From the NCBI RefSeq assembly GCF_000181795.1, contig NW_003526945.1:3830108-3894107 (forward strand): 64,000 nucleotides of DNA. Direction: 5' to 3'. How positions within the stretch are numbered: the stretch's first letter is position 1; each line of letters begins with the position of its first letter. Positions 1-11,700 of the stretch are shown piece by piece. Source of the stretch: Trichinella spiralis. Taxonomy: Eukaryota. The notes under the pieces are model-generated. The model was given only the letters and a program-made list of their open reading frames with translations, was not told where the DNA came from and made no database searches. Made by a program: the position numbers and the translations under genes.

Positions 1-193
1 ATAATTGAAACACAATGCACAGGGAGCATCGCACGTGATCGTTTATCATTTTCATTAATATTAAAGGCTGTTTAATGGAAAAATCAACTCATTACCGACC
101 GTTGTGGAAAATTTGATACAATTTTTAATAGAACAGTTTAAAAAGAATGTAAAATTACAAAACTGACAAAATCAAACAGCGAAAGCGACTTAC

Positions 194-200
194 TGAACAT
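194..200 (-). other. Possible first coding micro-exon (ATG TTC A|GTAAGT) of a minus-strand gene continuing off the left edge
   Basis: Perfect GTAAGT donor right after an ATG, preceded by UTR-like sequence. No product can be identified. Confidence 0.25.
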
Positions 201-2049
201 CACGTGCTGCTGCTTTGTAGACGTGTTGTGGAATATATATTTTATATATTGCGGCAACAAGTGGCAAAATTGAAACGACTATTTCAAATGGTTTTTCATA
301 CCAGCGACCAAGCCGCCCTCTGGTCAAGCGTCATTGCCAGTTTTGATTGAAAAATTCTGGCCTCTTCCGGCAAAATTTGCCATCACTCGCCCAACCAACC
401 GCCGACTGCGATTGCGCCAATTAACTGCCGAGCGCTGATTGATGCAAATTTTTTGTCCGCATTGTTTTGACTGACCTTTTCGCGCCTGTCTGCATTTCTG
501 CACAAATTAAAAACAAATTCAAAAGAGAGGGAGAAAGAAGGAAAAAAAATTTTTTTCCTTGATTTTGCAATTTCATCCATCCAACAACATCTTCAACACT
601 TGAACCGGTTAAATGTTGAAAAACAATTCTTATCAATTTAAATTTCATCTTTTTTATTGATTTGTTTTCTTTTCTTTTCTTTTTATTATCTTCTCCATCA
701 GTTTAATGTTACAGTACAAATAACAGAATGATAAAAACAACAAACCGGCATCAAAATTATTTAAAATTAAATGCCAATTCAATTAGAAGCATAATATCCG
801 ATTTTTTGTTATTTGTTTCATATTTGATTGCGTTGTTTTATGAAAACTGACTCGCGAATTCAATACAAAATATTTCTCTCCATTATTCCAACATACATAC
901 CCGTATGCAAAAAAAAGTTGCCAAGATGGCGGGCAATTTGAAAGTTTTTATTTTGCATCGACAGTTGTAGAATTATTTGAAAATATTTCAAAAATAATTT
1001 TCCGTTAATGTAATGCAATCTTCTTTCTTGCTTTTATTACTTTTATAACAAGCTTGGACGTTCCTGTTGTTTACTTTGTTGCCATCGTGCTTTTCTCATT
1101 CTCTACCCTATTGGTGTCTAAATTACACAGTTTGCTATTTTTCCCTCATTTCTCTCACTCTCTCTCTCTCTCTCTTTCTTTGTTATTAGTTGCATATTCG
1201 AGAGACAAAACCTATTGCTGAACTGAATATTGCAATAAAACACTGACTGCACTGTTCATACATCTTGCTAACATTATGCAAATCAATCGGTTTACTGAGA
1301 AGCGATAACGCTATCACAATGTGAATATATTCCAGGAGAATATTGGTTTCTTTTTATCAGTCTATGTGTGTTCATATCTGATGATGTTCAATGTAACTGC
1401 CTACGTATAGCTGCTATTAGTTCCTTCGATCAAAAGCGCTACTTTCAGGACAAGAAGGAGAGTTAAACAAATCTGCTACGTTAATTTGCCTTTTTCAGTC
1501 AAAAAATACTGCTATGCTCAACAATGCCATTCAAATCAACTGCAATTATTGTAAACTGAATTTCATGAAGCAAACAATCAAAACAAAAACAATTTCAAAC
1601 AACAGTAACTTTTGTCATTTTTTAAAACCTGTATATCATTACATTATACTGTGTTTGATAGGTCGTGGTTTTTCAGAAAAATGCCAATAAATTTTTCACT
1701 TTGGAAACAATGCATTTAGCCATTTATATTTCATTTTAAAAGTCGGGTTTAATTTTGCAACGAGGTATATATTTGAAATCTCTGTTGTAACTGTTCACTC
1801 GTTTTAATATGATAATATTTCCATTCATTGTATACATATTTTGTAAATTTAAATACAATTTTAGGTTAAAATCAAATTATTTTATAATATTTTTTTAAAA
1901 TTAATATTTCAGTTCATACCTTGGCATTTCAGTTTACTATTAATTGATTATTTTATTATTGTTTTAGTTATCTGTTGTTGTATGTTGTTACCTTTTGCTA
2001 AATATTTTCTTGCAGTTTTTTTTTCAAGTTCACTAGTGGTTTTTATGAA

Positions 2050-2830
2050 ATGGCTAGAAAACCGTCCACATCTTGCAGTCATGCTGTGGATGAAAAAGCT
2101 GATGATGCTGAGCCTCAAGAAACTGCCAAAGAAAAATATCGTAAATTGAAGCGTCGTTTCAAAATGCTCGTTTTTGTATGTGCATTTTTCTGGAACATAA
2201 TTTTATTTATTGATTAAGTGTATAACGTTTCGATGTTCATAATTACTTATGCAATAGTGTAATTTATGCGCAGTGTATTCATTATTTTTGAAATTATTTT
2301 ATTTTACAGGAGAATGAAGGCTATCACGAAGAACTACGAAATTTACAACGAAGACTATTAAAGCTTACAAGAGATAAAAAGTATTTTATTATTACTTTAA
2401 TTTTGTTTTTATTAAATTAAGTTGATATTTTCTAACACTGCTTTTGTTTTCAGCTTCATAATGGAACGACTGCTGTATTTTGAAAGACCTAGTGACTCGT
2501 CAGACGATTCTGATGTTACGGTGGAAAAACCGAAGAAACGGTTATTTATCACATTTTTCTAATTATAGAGTGAATAAAATAATTGTTTTCAGAAAACGCA
2601 GTAAAAATGTGGATGGTGATGAAGAAAAGAAAAATGCGGCCAAAGAAAGAAAATCATTAGCGTGCAGTCCTACAGTATGCCAAGATTTTGAAAATGCTAA
2701 AGTTGATAAGTTGCCTGATTTGGTTCCGTCAGAAGCCAACAAGAAGCGTCAAAGTGTTCCGAAAGTTATTACGGCAGAGAATTGTTTATCGCACACTGAT
2801 GCGGCGGCTAAAAAGAAAAACAGCATATAA
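2050..2830 (+). CDS. INO80E: INO80 complex subunit E-like (CCDC95), 4 exons (~2050-2175, 2310-2380, 2454-2540, 2593-2830)
   Basis: Spliced translation MARKPSTSCSHAVDEKADDAEPQETAKEKYRKLKRRFKMLVF|ENEGYHEELRNLQRRLLKLTRDK|NFIMERLLYFERPSDSSDDSD matches the INO80E coiled coil (KYRxLKxKLKxLIYENExFQEEL..LLKVSRDKSFLLDRLLxYE). GT-AG boundaries keep the frame. Confidence 0.85.
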
Positions 2831-3064
2831 ATACTTCGGCATTTTGGAACATGATATCTAATGGGTTTACTTTTTGTTTACATTGTCTACTGTGACGATG
2901 CAAATATTGATTTATTATATTGAACCATTAAATTGTTAGATGCATTTTACTGATTTTTAAATTTTTTCATGAAACCTTTCAAATTTTAAAAGTGCATAAA
3001 TGTGTTAAACATTAACTTTAAAGTTACAGATTACATAACATTCAAGAAAGGATGCTGCACGACG

Positions 3065-3146
3065 GACGAGGTGGCCGAGTGGTTAAGGCGATGGACTGCT
3101 AATCCATTGGGGTTTCCCCGCGTGAGTTCGAATCTCATCCTCGTCG
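3065..3146 (+). tRNA. tRNA-Ser (anticodon GCT)
   Basis: GACGAGG/CCTCGTC acceptor stem, A-box TGGCCGAGTGG, anticodon arm ATGGA-CT GCT AA-TCCAT, long variable arm GGGG-TTT-CCCC, B-box GTTCGAATC, and a TTTT Pol III terminator just downstream (~3152). Confidence 0.97.
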
Positions 3147-3758
3147 TATCCTTTTATGATTTACTATGAAATAATTTGATTTCTTTATTACTGTAATCAT
3201 TGCTGCATAAGCAAGAATCAGTAACTGTTTATCTTTATTCATTTAGAAAGATTCTAACACACAGCATTGAAAATAAAACTCTAAAAATTACATTTTTCGC
3301 TTTTGTTCGCTTAATTTCAGTGTTTAAATTGCCTGTTTTTAAATTCGCCGACTTCATGCCCTTCAGTTTTGAATTTTTTTCATAGCAAAACGTTTCAAAA
3401 CATTTTTACTTTATACTGTGTATGTAGCATTACAATTTTATCATTCATTCATTTATTTTCAATTTTTACCTTTCTATATAAAAATTAATGCAGCAGAAAT
3501 TCAAATTGTACCAACGATGTAATGCAGGCCAATTTATAATAAGCTTTCTTCTCCTAACAGTTCATCAATCGAACTCGGCCAAAATTTAATCCGTTTAATA
3601 ACACACTACACACTATCAACTACAACTAATAAACATACAACATTTTCAAATTCACGAAAGCACTGGAAAGTTCAGTCAATATATATATACATATATCGGA
3701 GTTCATCGGTAATGCTAATAGTATCAACTGCCACAAAAGCCGAAAATTAAAACAGGCG

Positions 3759-4843
3759 TTACGTTGCTCCTAAAAAACACGAATTGATTTCAAAAAGTTT
3801 AAACGATAATTTTTAATTTATACAGTTACTGCTCAGTTAACCAGTACATTTATTATAGATGTTGAAAAATATTTTTTACACTTACGGTAGAAACAAATCA
3901 TAAAGAAAGTAGAAACAATTAACATTAAAATTCAAGTACTTTGGTTAGCTGTCGTCGATGTGTCATTGCTGGTAGCTGGCTTTCCCTGAATACACAATTA
4001 ATTACAAAACAAAACAGTAAATAGAAATATACTCACATTCGACGGAATGTTAGATGTAAGATTGTTTAACTTTTCTTGACACTCTGCTTTCTGAAAATTC
4101 AACTGACTAGTAAGATTGTTCTTCGTGTTTTCCAGTGCTTCAAAATCCTTTTGCAATTCTTTCAACTGCTGTTTCACACTCTCCAATTCATGCTAATATT
4201 CAAATAAAATTCATCATTAGAATATGTTCAAAAATACTTTTCTATAAATTTCCCAAAAAATGCTTTAATAAAATATAAATGTAAAACAAAGTTACTATGC
4301 TATCAGAACAGGAACTACACAGACAGAAATATTTCAAATAGAAAAGAGAAGTTGAGCTTTAATTAAAATATGGAATGCTGGAAATTACATACCTGAAATG
4401 ACAGACGCTGATTTGCGGCTGTATTCTTCGCTTCGGCAATTTTCTTCTTCACATCTTAAAAGCGCACATTGCACACCATTATGTTTAAATTGTTCCATAC
4501 CATTCTGGAGTTGTTCTTCTGCCTCTATCTTTTCTTTCAAATTCTTTTGCAATCTCAACTTTTGCTGGTAAACAACTAAAATGGAGGCTTCTTTTAGAAA
4601 GCATGTTTTCAACTGTCATAAACTTCTTTTCAATAAACATGAAACTTAATACGCACCTTGCAACTGTGCAGAGACTGAGTCCAAAGTTTCTTTCATCTTT
4701 TTCGCATCTTCAACATAAACAGATTGCAATAATACCCTTTCCCTGTATAAATGATAACAAACAATAACCAATAAAAAGACCAAAGCAAGCAATATGAATT
4801 TCTGCCAATGGTTTGAATGACCTCGTGATGGTGGATGAGGCAT
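3759..4843 (-). CDS. Short GOLIM4/GPP130-like type II Golgi membrane coiled-coil protein (~6 exons)
   Basis: N-terminal signal anchor (KFILLALVFLLVIVCY) followed by spliced SVSAQLQ|VVYQQKLRLQKNL, resembling GOLIM4 SLSAQLQVVYEHRSRLEKSL. Downstream coiled-coil exons splice in frame (..LQN|DVKKKIAEAKNTAANQRLSFQ|HELESVKQQ..). The 3' end is tentative. Confidence 0.65.
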
Positions 4844-6025
4844 TGTTTTCGATTTCTTTTTACGCAGAACACTAAAAACTAAACTTAATGCTTAACTACA
4901 AACAAAACTACTCTAAATAAATTAGCAAACATTTATTAAAATACCATAAAATATATTGACAAACAGGTACAACTAAAGTAAGTTTTAGTTGTGTAAAATT
5001 GAGACATCAGCGCAAATTTTAATAGAAATAAATACATATAACATTATTTTATAAAAATAATTAAACTATTCTTTTAAAAGCTAAGCGCGATATTTTTATT
5101 TGATGTCTTCTTTGAAATTTCAAATTTATTGTTAATGTTTTAAAATTAAAATCTTTTCAGCAAAGTAAACATTATTATTTAACTGCATTCATTTTTTAAT
5201 CACATTTTTATCATTTCATAATTTATTTTTTCATCAATTAAAATAACAAACATTGTCAAAGTTCTTTGTTTTTTATAGTTGTACTTGAATGTCAGATAAA
5301 AGATGCTGTAGTTGTTTTTATTCAACTGATTTGTTTTCAAAGTGGCGTACGAACGTTTTGCTGTTGGAAATGTGCATTTAATTTGGTTTATGTTGATATA
5401 ACATTATCACAGTGAATTCGTTTTGCTTCATCAATTTTCCGAAGTGTTCCATTTCATTTGTTCATCATTTGTAAAGTATGTTTTCCAGTAGTAACATGTT
5501 ACTGTAATAATGACCGATAAATAACGCCCAGTTATAACCTATATTTAATAAGTAGTATGTTTAAGGTACATTAATTTTATTCCATTTATAATATTATTAT
5601 TTACAACATTTACTACCGTAGACATTTTCTGCATGCAATTAGGTTATAATAATTAATTCCTTTATAACATTTTGATACTTTCCAATCATTAATCGTAAGT
5701 TTTGCAACTGCTTCAAATTCTTCAGATTTGAATGTGTATTTTAGCTAGATGCATCGCATTTTGCATTTTTCAGTGCTGTAAGTCAAAAATTCAGTATTGC
5801 ATTCTTTGTATTTAGTTGAAACAAACTTTATTGAACTTTCATAGATTGATTATTCATTTTGATGAAATGCATGTTCATAATTTTAAAAATTCTTCATTTA
5901 TTATCGTAAATCCAGGAAATATCTTTGTAAAGTTTGAAAATCTGCTAACGTTGGTTGTAAATATAATGAGAGTTGCAATGCATTGATTTTATTGGCACGT
6001 TTAATTATTTTAGGATAATGCAAGT

Positions 6026-7356
6026 ATGAGTGAAACCGAAATATCAGACACTGATACATTTTCAACGGAAACAATTCCATATCGACGTGAGCTGAGGTTA
6101 GCGAGTTTGATTTTTTATTGCTGTTCACATTTTCAAATATAGTACATTTTAGAATTAAACATTATGAAAGAATTTATCCTGAAAATTTCAATATGGATTC
6201 CACGTTGCCATCTGCCATGCCACCAGTTAGCGTCATTCGGTTTGCTCCGCATTCGAATTTCTTAGCCTGCGGAAGCGCCATTGACGATCGAATTTTTATG
6301 TATAATATTATCAGTAGAACGTGCGACAGAGTGTTCAACACCGCAATGGGTGCTCATAATGATATGTTATGGATGAGAAATGGTGAAAATTTTTTCGTCG
6401 CCACTGCTGCTGCGAAATTAGGCTTAGTAAATTTGGAAAGAGGCATGACAGTGCTTGAATACAGAGGTCATCAAGCCGGCGTCAACAGTTGTTCATTGAA
6501 TGCTCAAGAAAATATAATAATATCAGGTTGTGCAGATGAGAAGCTGCGTTTGTTCGACATGGACACTGGCTGTTTGCTTCAAACGATGACGGCGCATCGA
6601 TCTCCAATAGCCTGCGTCCATTACAATCCATATCCATTGATGTTTTGTTCAGGCGGGTTAGACGGTTGTGTTCGCATTTGGGATGCGAACAATACAACCT
6701 GTGTACGAACTTTGATGCTTGACCCCGCTTCACGGGCTCCAGTATCGTTGGCCCGTTTCACTCCGAATGGCCTGTTTTTAGTTGTATCATATTTGAACGG
6801 TGAAATTCGAGTCTGGGATATAAGCATTGAGAAAACGATTAAGCTGTTTCGAGGTCACACGTGCGAGAAATACAGCGCAGAATTTGATTTCGACAACACT
6901 GGCAGGTGGATACTCGCAGGCTCTGAAGATAATCATGTTTATGTATGGGACTGGATTACGGAAGAAGTGGAAAGTTGTCTTACGGGACACACGGATCCAG
7001 TATCATCTCTTGTTTACCATCCAGAGAAGCCGCTATTCGCCAGTAGCTCTTTAGGCGGTCAACTGTGTGAAGCTGTCGTTTGGGAGCGCAAGGAAGATAA
7101 AGATGTGCAAGGTGTGATTGAAATTCCAGTTTATGAAGAAATAATATGTTTGACTGATAGTGAAGAGAGTCCTAAAACATCCGAAGTATCGTGTCCTGTC
7201 CAAGAAGATCAGCAGCTTTATATTGAAACTGTTGAAGAGGACAGTCCAGTTGAGAGGGATGAAGATTACAGAAGCTATTTCCTTGCTTGTGCTTCCGACA
7301 TTCCATTTGGCGACGACAGTTCTTCGGAGGAAACGTTATCGGCTTATTCTGTTTGA
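6026..7356 (+). CDS. WD40 beta-propeller protein, divergent WDR5-like, with acidic C-terminal tail (exons ~6026-6096, 6153-7356; may extend further 5')
   Basis: GH..WD repeats. PVSLARFTPNG, GHTCEKY, WILAGSEDNHVYVW and GHTDPVSSLVYHPEK align with WDR5 PVSFVKFSPNG, GHKNEKY, WIVSGSEDNLVYIW and GHTDVVISTACHPTE. A phase-2 intron at 6097-6152 joins an upstream ATG exon. Confidence 0.8.
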
Positions 7357-8773
7357 ACCGACTTTTTTATTTTTTCTGTATGCACTGTTTATCTGAATAA
7401 AATGTTCTATGAAATTCTGAAACAGAAAGTAATTTATGAGAATTGGAACATTCGTTTCATCATTTTTAAAATATAAACAAACTTGACTTATGTATGACGT
7501 TGTATTTCTGCTAGTCGAACGTGTTAGATAGACGTTGTATTTATCTTGAAGTTACCAACGTATCTGTTGAAAACATTTGTCACCATAATAGTTAAAAAGC
7601 TATGAAATTGTAACATGAAATTCATAATCTGTACATATTGAATGGCCTTTATGAATAAAAATGAAATTATGCTTGTTGCACTAGCTTATTTATGTTCGGT
7701 TAAATGTCAAAATTTACATTTTTCTGTCCAAAAAGTTATACATAATATGAATTTATAAAAGTAATTTGCAATTTCATATTTCAGAAGGTAGTTTAAACTA
7801 TCAATTTCCCCAGAAATGACTATAATCATAGGTGAACATTTGTTAATTAAGGTTAATCTGTAATAAAACTGAAAATCAAGCTCCAATTATTATAATAATA
7901 ATAAAACAAGCGAATGGTGCATGTTTTCAAAAATGTATAAATTACCAAAATAGAAATTAAATAATTATTTTTATTAAATTATAATTTAAACCTTTATTTA
8001 AGGTTTTATGGACAAAATATGTTCTTCTGTGTCATGCTATATTGTAACATTTAAAACTTTTAATTGAAAGTATCGAAAACATTATAGAATAAGGCTGAAG
8101 ATGATGATTTGTTATTGATAATAATATTATTTTTTTCTAATACTAAACACTTAATATGTAGCTGTTTGTTAGAATTCGTTCTTCGTGGTGAAATTTTATT
8201 CATAAAATTCCTATTTTTTATATTCTACAAAAGTAAAAGTGAAATAGTATAACATTTGTTATTGTACATATTTATCATCGTGTCGACTGTTGATATGGTA
8301 ATTTTTTGAACTAATTTAATAGAAAATTAAAATGCAACTTAACATTTTACAAATGGATATTGGTCATTAATCTGACGATTGATCAAAATGCATCACATTA
8401 TTCTTCACTTTATATAAATGACCATTTTGAATGTTCACATAACTGAAAAGTAACGAAACCTCGGGCACTGTATACAAAACTTACAAAGAAAACCAACGTA
8501 AGCAATCATTATGAATATACAGTACTCCCGTTTTATAATTGATTGCAAAAATTTCAGATATATTGTCAGCTGCTCTGCTTGTCAATATTTTTAATGTTGG
8601 CAAACTGATGAAGAAATTTGCTTTATATTCTCAAACATTTAAACTTGGAAATTACAATCATTAAACGAATTTATGTTCGTTTCTTGATGATTTTGTTCCT
8701 AAATGAATTTTGAATCTGTTATTTTTTTATTTCATTCCAAAGGAATTTCTGTTTCCATACTAATGCAAGTAAA

Positions 8774-11700
8774 ATGAATCAGCAGTGCAATACATATCTT
8801 GTACCCGCTAATATTTTTTGCGGTTTGATACCTATTCCAGGTAAAGAACGTTTTAATTGTCAGATCATGATTTTGTTTACTTTGTTGTTGTTGTTGTTGT
8901 TGATTTGGTTTTTATACAATTTTAGAGTTTGAACAACTTTTACCTTTACCCACGTGTCAGTATGGTAAACATGAAATAGATCGTTGTCTGTTGTTTCATT
9001 TAAAAGTTTATTATGAAGCTGTAAAATGCTTATCTGTGAATAGCGCTGAAATTGCTCGTCCAATCTTTGATAGCTTATGCAAAACTTCTGTCGATCATGT
9101 GTAAAAAATCTTGTTTCAACTGTTTCGAACTGCAGTTCAAATTGAATTTTCTTATACCTGTTTAGAGTATTGAAGAAAAATATAAATCACCCTTCGCCAA
9201 GTGTAAATATGACATATTGTGACTTGCTGCAAAAATACGTTAAAGAGCTGAGTAACCAGTTGTTGGAAGCTCCAAACAGATTGTTTATTGAACCTAAACA
9301 GGTAAAAGTATGAACATTCCATTTCACACAATTAACTTAATTTTTCTACAAAAGGAGCAAATTATTTACAAATGAATATGAACAGATGTGAATTTTACGC
9401 ATGTTGTTCACAAAAAATACCGAAGTTTTAACTAAACATGACTTATTAAATAATTTGCATTATTCATATTATTCAAAACGTTTGCAATGAAACAAGTTAA
9501 TATTACTGCTGGTGCACGATTTATTTTGCATGCATAGCTGATTAGACGTACAGCTATGGTTTTTTTGGGAAAATGAAACTAGACACGTAGTTTGTTGCAT
9601 TCGAATAATTTCTACGCAATTTTCTGTTTTCTATGTTTTGCAATTCACACGCAATTTCACGATGGCCCATTTCCATGTTCTGTACATTAACATGGTCACA
9701 ATTATTACTGTAATTGATTTGCAAGTATTATTTTATGTTCATGATTTATATGTATTATTATTTATAAAATAATTGTTTATAAATTCTGTTATCTCAAAAA
9801 ATATTTATTATTATTTATTTTAATTGTAATTTTATTGTATATCGAAAGAATTACTGAAATATAAAAAATGAGTATTCGCATAATTAATTGATGATTTGAA
9901 AATTAAAAAAATGATGTTTAATTTTGTTTCAGTTTAATTTTTTGTGTTATTTTTTGAAAAAAAAACAACTTTGAAAAGATTTAAAAATACGGAAAGTATT
10001 ATCGCAACATAGCGAGCAGCGTGAAGAAGTTTTCAATTTGATTGATTTAAATTTTTAAATCAGCTTTATTTGTTTAATATAATTATTGGCGATCGTTTTC
10101 TAGGGAGATGTGCATCGGAATAGTTGTGGAAATTTGGAAACTGTATTCGATGTGCAGGCAAGTGGACGACAACAACCCGGAAAAGGCGAACGCGCTGACG
10201 GTGAATCTTCAGTGGAAAATCCGCTGCCTTCCAGAGTGTCGGTTGGTGCGTGCGATCGAACGGTGAGTGAATTTTCGACGGACAGTTTCCGTTTTGCCGA
10301 ACATTGCCAAAAAGTGGTCGTTGTTCAGCTCGAAGCCGCCGCCCAGGGTGAATATTTCTCTGAATTCGAAGCCATGTCGAGCGGTTCGTCCACGGAAAAA
10401 AGGGACAGACAGGAGTGCGTCCGCAAGAAGATACTGTCAATTGGCAAACAGCCGAAAGCGATGATGAGGAAGAAGAAGGATATTGTGTCGGAATTGTTCG
10501 ACTCATTGACACCCGGGTCGAGGTATTTCGCCGAAGGGTCGCGACGGCGCCGAGTCGCGCCCAGGTCTTACAACGAGGAACAACTCTTGACCGGCCAGCC
10601 TGGTGCACATCCCGGGGTTGGAGGAGTCGGTGGCGACGCGTTTGGGCTGTTTCAGAAATCCAATTCCTGCGAAGAGCTGTCGCTCGGTGAAAGCGAGTCC
10701 ACGTCAGAGCGTGGTTCACCGTCTTCGCAGCAGAATCAAGCGGTCGAATTCGACGAGCGTCCGTTGACTCCACCGGATGGTATGTTAATTTTGTTTTGTT
10801 CTTTTTTGTTTCCCAAGTGAATTTGTCATTTCGATGTTTCAGTTATACAAGAAAGAGAACGTCAGTGGAACGAAATTATTAAACGTCGCAAAGAGAAAGA
10901 ACGAAAACGTGCCGAAGCTGGTCAAAATTTGGATGCATTCGGTGAGAAGATTTTCAGTTGAAAAATTGTTATTTAAAAATTGAAATTCAATTCATTCACA
11001 GAACTCGCTCAACTGGAATCATACAAGAATTTCAGCGTTGCCATTGATGCGGTCTCTGAGATTGCCGAAGAGATGGATTTATCAACTGAAACGGGTATTT
11101 TGTTTTGTTTTTTGAATATTCTATGCTAATAATTATTTTTTAAATTGAATTTCAGCTGACAATGAAGATGAAATACCAGCGGAATATTTGATTCCGAAAA
11201 AGTTGCTCGGAGAACTGTGTTCCGAAGGGACTCGTCTGAAGGCGATCAACGCCATGCATCGCGTTCCACTGGACAAAGTGACCAAACTGATCACAGTGTT
11301 GGACAAGAACGTCAAAGACAGTTTCAAATGTTTGCCCACCGCGTACGAGGTTGGTGGTTGGGAAAAAATACACACATATATATATATATACATATATTGG
11401 CGGGTTGTTTGAATCAAAACAAAGCAAAAATACATTCTTCTCTTTTGCCCACAGATTCTCGAAGGTGAAGATACAACCCTACGCGAGCAGCTCTGCGAAC
11501 GTCTGCAGAGGTCGGTGGACGCCGCCTACGCGGTTTTGACCGTCATGACCAGCGCTTACATGCCCAAGCAAGTTTACATAGAAGACGCGATCGAGAGGAT
11601 CACCTCGTTGACGAAATCTCTCCTTGAATCTGTAATTTATCCAATATACGATTGCACGTATCGTTTGATTGTTGATTCGAAAGGTGTGTGTGTGTGTGTG

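Noticed and set aside
8860..9063. 67-aa minus-strand ORF; region first suspected to be a transposon remnant
   Set aside because: It is the antisense of Nipped-B exon 2; no terminal repeats or transposase motifs.
10066..10773. 235-aa minus-strand ORF
   Set aside because: Antisense shadow of a GC-rich Nipped-B exon; no motifs.
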